A stretch of 64,000 nt of DNA from Antedon mediterranea. Its lineage: Eukaryota > Animalia > Echinodermata. A program made the position numbers and the translations under genes. This document shows positions 54,096 through 64,000 of the stretch, piece after piece. The stretch is from contig NC_092671.1 in assembly GCF_964355755.1 (NCBI RefSeq), positions 21,903,317 through 21,967,316 of the forward strand, written 5' to 3'. Under the pieces are notes generated by a model that saw nothing but the letters and a program-made list of their open reading frames with translations, was not told the origin of the DNA and made no database searches. Within the stretch, counting starts at the first letter, position 1, and every line of letters begins with the position of its first letter.

Positions 54096-57000
54096 ACATT
54101 TTGGTGTTTTTATGTTAACAAGTTTTTTCGAAAATTACAAAATGGTCTAAAACGTCTTCAAATGCGATTTGAAGCTATTCTAAGCACTTTGGTGTTTTTA
54201 TGTTAACAAGTTTTTTCGAAAATCCCAAAATGGTCTAAAACGTCTCCAAATGCGATTTGAAGCTTTTCTAAACACTTTGGTGTTTTGTGTGAAAAAGTTT
54301 TGTCGAAATGCTCAAAATGGTTTAAAACGTTTTTAAATACGATATTAAGCTATTTTGTGCTCTTTGATGTTTTTTTGTGAAATGTGTTATCGAAATGCTC
54401 AAAATGGTCTAAAACGGTTTATAATGTGATTTAAAGCACTTTGATGTTTTTGTGTAACCAAGTTTTTTCCAAAATCACAAATTGGTCTAAAATGTCTCCA
54501 AATGCGATTGGAAGCTATTCTTAGCACTTTGATGTTTTTATGTTAACAAGTTTTTTCGAAAATCACAAAATGGTCTAAAACGTCTCCAAATGCGATTTGA
54601 AGCTATTCTAAGTACTTTGGTGTTTTTATATTAACAAGTTTTTTCGAAAATCACAAAATGGTCTAAAACGTCTCCAAATGCGATTTGAAGCTATTCTGTA
54701 CACTTTGGTGTTTTGTGTGAAAAAGTTTTGTCGAAATGCTCAAAATGGTTTAAAACGTTTTTAAATACGATATTAAGCTATTTTGTGCTCTTTGATGTTT
54801 TTGTGTGAAATGTGTTATCGAAATGCTCAAAATGGTCTAAAACGGTTTATAATGTGCTTTTAACCACTTTGATGTTTTTGTGTAACCAAGTTTTTTCGAA
54901 AATCACAAATTGGTCTAAAACGTCTCCAAATGCGATTTGAAGCTATTCTAAGCACTTTGGTGTTTTTATGTTAACAAGTTTTTTCGAAAATCACAAAATG
55001 GTCTTAAACGTCTCCAAATGCGATTTGAAGGTATTCTAAGCACTTTGGTGTTTTTATGTTAACAAGTTTTTTCGAAAATCACAAAATGGTCTAAATTGTC
55101 TCCATATGCGATTTGAAGCTATTCTTAGCACTTTGGTGTTTTTATGTTAACAAGTTTTTTCGAAAATCACAAAATGGTCTAAATTGTCTCCATATGCGAT
55201 TTGAAGCTATTCTTAGCAGTTTGGTGTTTTTATGTTAAAAAGTTTTTTTCGAAAATCACAAAATGGTCTAAAACGTCTCCAAATGCGATTTGAAGCTATT
55301 CTAAGCACTTTGATGTTTTTGTGTGAAAAGTGTTATCGAAATGCTCAAAATGGTCTAAAACGGTTTATAATGTGATTTTAACCACTTTGATGTTTTTGTG
55401 TAACCAAGTTTTTTCGAAAATCACTAATTGGTCTAAAATGTCTCCAAATGCGATTTGAAGCTATTCTTAGCACTTTGATGTTTTTATGTTAACAAGTTTT
55501 TTCGAAAATCACAAAATGGTCTAAAACGTCTCCAAATGCGATTTGAAGCTATTCTAAGCACTTTGGTGTTTTGTGTGAAAAAGTTTTGTCGAAATGCTCA
55601 AAATGGTCTAAAACGTTTTTAAATAAGATATTAAGCTATATTGTGCTCTTTGATGTTTTTGTGTGAAAAGTGTTATCGATATGCTCAAAATGGTCTAAAA
55701 CGGTTTATAATGTGATTTTAAGCACTTTGATGTTTTTGCGTAACCAAGTTTCATCGAAATGCACAAATTGGTCTAAAACGTCTCCAAATGCGATTTGAAG
55801 CTATTCTAATCACTTTGGTGTTTTTGTGTTAACAAGTTTTTTCGAAAATCACAAAATGGTCTAAAACGTCTCCAAATGTGATTTGAAGCTATTCTAAACA
55901 TTTTGGTGTTTTTATGTTAACAAGTTTTTTCGAAAATCACAAAATGGTCTAAAACGTCTCCAAATGCGATTTGAAGCTATTCTAAGAACTTTGGTGTTTT
56001 TATGTTAACAAGTTTTTTCGAAAATCACAAAATGGTCTAAAACGTCTCCTAATGCGATTTGAAGCTATTCTAAGCACTTTGGTGTTTTTATGTTAACAAG
56101 TTTTTTCGAAAATCACAAAATGGTCTAAAACGTCTCCAAATGCGATTTGAAGCTATTCTGTACACTTTGATGTTTTTATGTTAACAAGTTTTTTGGAAAA
56201 TCACAAAATGGTCTAAAACGTCTCCAAATGCGATTTGAAGGTATTCTAAGCACTTTGGTGTTTTTATGTTAACAAGTTTTTTCGAAAATCACAAAATGGT
56301 CTAAATTGTCTCCATATGCGATTTGAAGCTATTCTTAGCAGTTTGGTGTTTATATGTTAAAAAGTTTTTTTCAAAAATCACAAAATGGTCTAAAACGTCT
56401 CCAAATGCGATTTGAAGCTATTCTAAGCACTTTGATGTTTTTGTGTAAAAAGTGTTATCGAAATGCTCAAAATGGTCTAAAACGGTTTATAATGTGATTT
56501 TAACCACTTTGATGTTTTTGTGTAACCAAGTTTTTTCGAAAATCACTAATTGGTCTAAAATGTCTCCAAATGCGATTTGAAGCTATTCTTAGCCCTTTGA
56601 TGTTTTTATGTTAACAAGTTTTTTCGAAAATCACAAAATTGTCTAAAACGTCTCCAAATGCGATTTGAAGGTATTCTAAGCACTTTGGTGTTTTGTGTGA
56701 AAAAGTTTTGTCGAAATGCTCAAAATGGTCTAAAACGTTTTTAAATAGGATATTAAGCTATATTGTGCCCTTTGATGTTTTTGTGTGAAAAGTGTGATCG
56801 AAATGCTCAAATGGTCTAAAACGGTTTATAACGTGATTTTAAGCACTTTGATGTTTTTGTGTAACCAAGTTTCATCGAAATGCACAAAATGGTCTAAAAC
56901 GTCTCCAAATGCGATTTGAAGCTATTCTAAGAACTTTGGTGTTTTTATGTTAACAAGTTTTTTTGAAAATTACAAAATGGTCTAAAACGTCTCCAAATGC

Positions 57001-57881
57001 GATTTGAAGCTATTCTAAGCACTTTGGTGTTTTTATGTTAACAAGTTTTTTCAAAAATCCCAAAATGGTCTAAAACGTCTCCAAATGCGATTTGAAGCTT
57101 TTCTAAACACTTTGGTGTTTTTATGTTAACAAGTTTTTTCGAAAATCACAAAATGGTCTAAAACGTCTCCAAATGCGATTTGAAGCTATTTTAAGAACTT
57201 TGGTGTTTTTATGTTAACAAGTTTTTTCGAAAATCACAAAATGGTCTAAAACGTCTCCAAATGCGATTTGAAGCTATTCTAAGCACTTTGGTGTTTTTAT
57301 GTTAACAAGTTTTTTCGAAAATCACAAAATGGTCTAAAACGTCTCCCAATGCGATTTGAAGCTATTCTAAGCACTTTGGTGTTTTTATGTTAACAAGTTT
57401 TTTCGAAAATCACAAAATTGTCTAAAACGTCTCCAAATGCGATTTGAAGCTATTCTGTAAACTTTGATGTTTTTATGTTAACAAGTTTTTTCGAAAATCA
57501 CAAAATTGTCTAAAACGTCTCCAAATGCGATTTGAAGGTATTCTAAGCACTTTGGTGTTTTGTGTGAAAAAGTTTTGTCGAAATGCTCAAAATGGTCTAA
57601 AACGTTTTTAAATAGGATATTAAGCTATATTGTGAACTTTGATGTTTTTGTGTGAAAAGTGTTATCGAAATGCTCAAATGGTCTAAAACGGTTTATAATG
57701 TGATTTTAAGCACTTTGATGTTTTTGTGTAACCAAGTTTCATCGAAATGCACAAAATGGTCTAAAACGTCTCCAAATGCGATTTGAAGCTATTCTAAGAA
57801 CTTTGGTGTTTTTATGTTAACAAGTTTTTTTGAAAATTACAAAATGGTCTAAAACGTCTCCAAATGCGATTTGAAGCTATT

Positions 57882-58234
57882 ATTTATTTATTTATTTTTA
57901 TTTTATTTTATGTCTTTAGGCACTGTGGCCAAGGATTACCAATAGTGAATTAATCACTGTCCTATCAGATAGGTGGTAATCCCCCTGATACAGAGGCTAT
58001 TGTGTGAACCAGTTCACCGGGGTAACCCCCTACTCTTTTTCGAATAATGAACTGGGTTCTTTAAAGTACACACATGTTATAACTGTGTACACTGGACCTA
58101 CGGTTTATAGTCCTTATCCGAGAAGACTTGTTCCACCACCAGAACTAGGAGCGAGTCGGCCTCGAACCCTTGCCGATGTTGTTGTTGGCTCTTTAGGTAC
58201 GATAAACGGCGCCCCTGCCTTAACCGCTCGGCCA
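57882..58234 (-). mobile_element. tRNA-derived SINE, copy 3
   Basis: Identical by eye to copy 1 at offset 52027, with the same TATT duplication and flanks. Confidence 0.9.
58158..58234 (-). promoter_or_regulatory. Pol III A/B boxes of SINE copy 3
   Basis: Same motifs as copy 1 at offset 52027. Confidence 0.8.
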
Positions 58235-61200
58235 TATTCTAAGCACTTTGGTGTTTTTATGTTAACAAGTTTTTTCGAAAATCCCAAAATGGTCTAAAAC
58301 GTCTCCAAATGCGATTTGAAGCTTTTCTAAACACTTTGGTGTTTTTATGTTAACAGGTTTTTTCGAAAATCACAAAATGGTCTAAAACGTCTCCAAATGC
58401 GATTTGAAGCTATTTTAAGAACTTTGTTTTTTTTATGTTAACAAGTTTTTTCGAAAATCACAAAATGGTCTAAAACGTCTCCAAATGCGATTTGAAGCTA
58501 TTCTAAGCACTTTGGTGTTTTTATGTTAACAAGTTTTTTCGAAAATCACAAAATGGTCTAAAACGTCTCCTAATGCGATTTGAAGCTATTCTAAGCACTT
58601 TGGTGTTTTTATGTTAACAAGTTTTTTCGAAAATCACAAAATGGTCTAAAACGTCTCCAAATGCGATTTGAAGCTATTCTAAGCACTTTGGTGTTTTTAT
58701 GTTAACAAGTTTTTTCGAAAATCACAAAATGGTCTAAAACGTCTCCAAATGCGATTTGAAGCTATTCTGTACACTTTGATGTTTTTATGTTAACAAGTTT
58801 TTTCGAAAATCACAAAATGGTCTAAAACGTCTCCAAATGCGATTTGAAGGTATTCTAAGCACTTTGGTGTTTTGTGTGAAAAAGTTTTGTCGAAAATCAC
58901 AAAATGGTCTAAAACGTCTCCAAATGCGATTTGAAGCTATTCTAAGCACTTTGGTGTTTTGTGTAAAAAGTGTTATCGATATGGTCAAAATGGTCTAAAA
59001 CGGTTTATAATGTGATTTTAAGCACTTTGATGTTTTTGCGTAACCAAGTTTCATCGAAATGCACAAAATGGTCTAAAACGTCTCCAAATGCGATTTGAAG
59101 CTATTCTAATCACTTTGGTGTTTTTATGTTAACAAGTTTTTTCGAAAATCACAAAATGGTCTAAACCGTCTCCAAATGCGATTGGAAGCTATTCTTAGCA
59201 CTTTGATGTTTTTATGTTAACAAGTTTTTTCGAAAATCACAAAATGGTCTAAAATGTCTCCAAATGCGATTTGAAGGTATTCTAAGCACTTTGGTGTTTT
59301 TATGTTAACAAGTTTTTTCGAAAATCACAAAATGGTCTAAATTGTCTCCATATGCGATTTGAAGCTATTCTTAGCAGTTTGGTGTTTTTATGTTAAAAAG
59401 TTTTTTTCGAAAATCACAAAATGGTCTAAAACGTCTCCAAATGCGATTTGAAGCTATTCTAAGCACTTTGATGTTTTTGTGTGAAAAGTGTTATCGAAAT
59501 GCTCAAAATGGTCTAAAACGGTTTATAATGTGATTTTAACCACTTTGATGTTTTTGTGTAACCAAGTTTTTTCGAAAATCACTAATTGGTCTAAAATGTC
59601 TCCAAATTCGATTTGAAGCTATTCTTAGCACTTTGATGTTTTTATGTTAACAAGTTTTTTCGAAAATCACAAAATGGTCTAAAACGTCTCCAAATGCGAT
59701 TTGAAGCTATTCTAAGCACTTTGGTGTTTTTATGTTAACAAGTTGTTTTCGAAAATCACAAAATGGTCTAAAACGTCTACAAATGCGATTGGAAGCTATT
59801 CTTAGCACTTTGATGTTTTTATGTTAACAAGTTTTTTCGAAAATCACAAAATGGTCTAAAATGTCTCCAAATGCGATTTGAAGGTATTCTAAGCACTTTG
59901 GTGTTTTTATGTTAACAAGTTTTTTCGAAAATCACAAAATGGTCTAAATTGTCTCCATATGCGATTTGAAGCTATTCTTAGCAGTTTGGTGTTTTTATGT
60001 TAAAAAGTTTTTTTCGAAAATCACAAAATGGTCTAAAACGTCTCCAAATGCGATTTGAAGCTATTCTAAGCACTTTGGTGTTTTGTGTGAAAAAGTTTTG
60101 TCGAAATGCTCAAAATGGTCTAAAACGTTTTTAAATACGATATTAAGCTATATTGTGCTCTTTGATGTTTTTGTGTGAAAAGTGTTATCGATATGCTCAA
60201 AATGGTCTAAAACGGTTTATAATGTGATTTTAAGCACTTTGATGTTTTTGCGTAACCAAGTTTCATCGAAATGCACAAAATGGTCTAAAACGTCTCCAAA
60301 TGCGATTTGAAGCTATTCTAATCACTTTGGTGTTTTTGTGTTAACAAGTTTTTTCGAAAATCACAAAATGGTCTAAAACGTCTCCAAATGCGATTTGAAG
60401 CTATTCTAAACATTTTGGTGTTTTTATGTTAACAAGTTTTTTCGAAAATCACAAAATGGTCTAAAACGTCTCCAAATGCGATTTGAAGCTATTCTAAGCA
60501 CTTTGGTGTTTTTATGTTAACAAGTTTTTTCGAAAATCACAAAATGGTCTAAAACGTCTCCTAATGCGATTTGAAGCTATTCTAAGCACTTTGGTGTTTT
60601 TATGTTAACAAGTTTTTTCGAAAATCACAAAATGGTCTAAAACGTCTCCAAATGCGATTTGAAGCTATTCTGTACACTTTGATGTTTTTATGTTAACAAG
60701 TTTTTTCGAAAATCACAAAATGGTCTAAAACGTCTCCAAATGCGATTTGAAGGTATTCTAAGCACTTTGGTGTTTTGTGTGAAAAAGTTTTGTCGAAAAT
60801 CACAAAATGGTCTAAAACGTCTCCAAATGCGATTTGAAGCTATTCTAAGCACTTTGGTGTTTTGTGTAAAAAGTTTTATGGATATGCTCAAAATGGTCTA
60901 AAACGGTTTATAATGTGATTTTAAGCACATTGATGTTTTTGCGTAACCAAGTTTCATCGAAATGCACAAAATGGTCTAAAACGTCTCCAAATGCGATTTG
61001 AAGCTATTCTAATCACTTTGGTGTTTTTATGTTAACAAGTTTTTTCGAAAATCACAAAATGGTCTAAAACGTCTCCAAATGCGATTTGAAGCTATTCTAA
61101 TCACTTTGGTGTTTTTATGTTAACAAGTTTTTTCGAAAATCACAAAATGGTCTAAAACGTCTCCAAATGCGATTTGAAGCTATTCTAATCACTTTGGTGT

Positions 61201-63606
61201 TTTTGTGTTAACAAGTTTTTTCGAAAATCACAAAATGGTCTAAAACGTCTCCAAATGCGATTTGAAGCTATTCTAAACATTTTGGTGTTTTTATGTTAAC
61301 AAGTTTTTTCGAAAATCACAAAATGGTTTAAAACGTCTCCAAATGCGATTTGAAGCTATTCTAAGTACTTTGGTGTTTTTATATTAACAAGTTTTTTCGA
61401 AAATCACAAAATGGTCTAAAACGTCTCCAAATGCGATTTGAAGCTATTCTAAGCACTTTGGTGTTTTTATGTTAACAAGTTTTTTTCGAAAATCACAAAA
61501 TGGTCTAAAACGTCTCCAAATGCGATTTGAAGCTATTCTGTACACTTTGATGTTTTTATGTTAACAAGTTTTTTCGAAAATCACAAAATGGTCTAAAACG
61601 TCTCCTAATGCGATTTGAAGCTATTGTAAGCACTTTGGTGTTTTTATGTTAACAAGTTTTTTCGAAAATCACAAAATGGTCTAAAACGTTTTTAAATACG
61701 ATATTAAGCTATTCTGTACACTTTGGTGTTTTGTGTGAAAAAGTTTTGTCGAAATGCTCAAAATGGTCTAAAACGTTTTTAAATACGATATTAACCTATT
61801 TTATGCTCTTTGATGTTTTTGTGTGAAAAGTGTTATCGAAATGCTCAAAATGGTCTAAAACGGTTTTATAATGTGATTTTAAGCACTTTGATGTTTTTGT
61901 GTAACCAAGTTTTTTCGAAAATCACAAATTGGTCTAAAATGTCTCCAAATGCGATTTGAAGCTATTCTTAGCACTTTGGTGTTTTTATGTTAACAAGTTT
62001 TTTCGAAAATCACAAATTGGTCTAAAATGTCTCCAAATGCGATTTGAAGCTATTCTGTACACTTTGGTGTTTTATGTTAACAAGTTTTTTCGAAAATCAC
62101 AAAATGTTCTAAAACGTTTCCAAATACGATATTAAGCTATTTTGTGCTCTTTGATGTTTTTGTGTAAAAAATTTTATCGATATGCTCAAAATGGTCTAAA
62201 ACGGTTTATAATGTGATTTTAAGCACTTTGATGTTTTTGCGTAACCAAGTTTCATCGAAATGCTCAAAATGGTCTAAAACGTTTTTAAATACGATATTAA
62301 CCTATTTTATGCTCTTTGATGTTTTTGTGTGAAAAGTGTTATCGAAATGCTCAAAATGGTCTAACACGGTTTTATAATGTGATTTTAAGCACTTTGATGT
62401 TTTTGTGTAACCAAGTTTTTTCGAAAATCACAAATTGGTCTAAAATGTCTCCAAATGCGATTTGAAGCTATTCTTAGCACTTTGGTGTTTTTATGTTAAC
62501 AAGTTTTTTCGAAAATCACAAATTGGTCTAAAATGTCTCCAAATGCGATTTGAAGCTATTCTGTACACTTTGGTGTTTTATGTTAACAAGTTTTTTCGAA
62601 AATCACAAAATGTTCTAAAACGTTTCCAAATACGATATTAAGCTATTTTGTGCTCTTTGATGTTTTTGTGTAAAAAATTTTATCGATATGCTCAAAATGG
62701 TCTAAAACGGTTTATAATGTGATTTTAACCACTTTGATGTTTTTGTGTAACCAAGTTTTTTCGAAAATCACTAATTGGTCTAAAATGTCTCCAAATGCGA
62801 TTTGAAGCTATTCTTAGCCCTTTGATGTTTTTATGTTAACAAGTTTTTTCGAAAATCACAAAATGGTCTAAAACGTCTCCAAATGCGATTTGAAGCTATT
62901 CTAAGCACTTTGGTGTTTTGTGTGAAAAAGTTTTTTCGAATTGCTCAAAATGGTCTAAAACGTTTTTAAATACGATATTAAGCTATATTGTGCTCTTTGA
63001 TGTTTTTGTGTGAAAAGTGTTATCGATATGCTCAAAATGGTCTAAAACGGTTTATAATGTGATTTTAAGCACTTTGATGTTTTTGCGTAACCAAGTTTCA
63101 TCGAAATGCACAAAATGGTCTAAAACGTCTCCAAATGCGATTTGAAGCTATTCTAATCACTTTGGTGTTTTTGTGTTAACAAGTTTTTTCGAAAATCACA
63201 AAATGGTATAAAACGTCTACAAATGCGATTTGAAGCTATTCTAAACATTTTGGTGTTTTTATGTTAACAAGTTTTTTCGAAAATAACAAAATGGTCTAAA
63301 ACGTCTCCTAATGCGATTTGAAGCTATTCTAAGCACTTTGGTGTTTTTATGTTAACAAGTTTTTTCGAAAATCACAAAATGGTCTAAAACGTCTCCAAAT
63401 GCGATTTGAAGCTAATCTGTACACTTTGATGTTTTTATGTTAACAAGTTTTTTCGAAAATCACAAAATGGTCTAAAACGTCTCCAAATGCGATTTGAAGG
63501 TATTCTAAGCACTTTGGTGTTTTGTGTGAAAAAGTTTTGTCGAAAATCACAAAATGGTCTAAAACGTCTCCAAATGCGATTTGAAGCTATTCTAAGCACT
63601 TTGGTG

Positions 63607-64000
63607 TTTTGTGATTTTCGAAAAAACTTGTTAATATAAAAACACCAAAGTACTTAGAATAGCTTCAAATCGCATTTGGAGACGTTGTAGACCATTTTGT
63701 GATTTTCGAAAAAACTTGTTAACATAAAAACACCAAAGTTTACAGAATAGCTTAAAATCGCATTTGGAGACGTTTTAGACAATTTTGTGCATTTCGATGA
63801 AACTTGGTTACACAAAAACATCAAAGTGCTTAAAATCACATTATAAACCGTTTTAGACCATTTGAGCATTTCCATAACACTTTTCACACAAAAACATCAA
63901 AGGGCACAATATAGCTTAATATCCTATTTAAAAACGTTTTAGACCATTTTGAGCATTTCGACAAAACTTTTTCACACAAAACACCAAAGTGCTTAGAATA
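63607..64000 (-). repeat. Same satellite in inverted orientation, running off the window end
   Basis: TTTTGTGATTTTCGAAAAAACTTGTTAATATAAAAACACC... is the reverse complement of the monomer; about 4.5 inverted monomers are visible. Confidence 0.98.

Larger units (their letters stand above)
1..63613 (+). repeat. 88-bp satellite DNA array (with 87-bp and 78-bp variant monomers), forward-orientation domain, interrupted only by three SINE copies
   Basis: Unit length read directly: AACAAG at 5101 recurs at 5189 (88 bp). CTAAAAC anchors at 1927, 2014, 2101 and 2179 give 87-, 87- and 78-bp variants. Head-to-tail throughout. The consensus has 28/88 G+C. Confidence 0.99.
52760..63613 (+). repeat. ~11-kb dispersed duplicate of about 10910-21924, containing the third SINE block (56595-63613)
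   Basis: Colinear rare variants at offsets 41850-41941, with one extra 87-bp monomer, a ~660-bp replaced tract and a 253-bp deletion near 60070. It ends at the inversion. Confidence 0.8.

Noticed and set aside
2934-60891. Recurrent 67-aa minus-strand ORFs (MSISI...RIWRRFRPFCDF...)
   Set aside because: These are translations of satellite monomers. The 29-aa period is just the 87-bp variant being a multiple of 3. There is no gene context, and the starts are non-ATG.
63654-63887. 77-aa ORF in the inverted arm
   Set aside because: A chance frame through satellite monomers.
1-64000. CRISPR array
   Set aside because: There are no unique spacers and no cas genes; the entire unit is repeated.
63607-64000. 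Fold-back sequencing chimera or terminal inverted repeat of a transposon
   Set aside because: The inverted arm is a different haplotype from the adjacent forward DNA, and no non-satellite termini or TSD are present. A mis-join cannot be fully excluded without reads.

Overview
This window is eukaryotic satellite DNA with no credible protein-coding gene. It is an AT-rich (~32% GC) tandem array of an 88-bp monomer (AACAAGTTTTTTCGAAAATCACAAAATGGTCTAAAACGTCTCCAAATGCGATTTGAAGCTATTCTAAGCACTTTGGTGTTTTTATGTT), estimated at roughly 720-730 copies, mixed with ordered 87-bp and 78-bp variant monomers. The monomers form nested, irregular higher-order duplications with periods from 352 bp to ~10 kb, plus a dispersed ~11-kb duplicate. 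The only non-satellite sequence is a 353-bp tRNA-derived SINE on the minus strand. It has Pol III A/B boxes, a Deu/Nin-like core, a structured 3' region, a (TAAA)n tail and a 4-bp TATT target-site duplication. It occurs as three apparently identical copies from one insertion that was later amplified with the array. At 63607-63613 the array flips orientation through a 7-bp microhomology that comes from the monomer's own internal inverted repeat. The Deu/Nin-type SINE points to an animal genome, and a centromeric or pericentromeric location is plausible but unproven. All listed ORFs are repeat artefacts. All alignments were done by eye. I found no novel gene system; the notable signals are structural and evolutionary.
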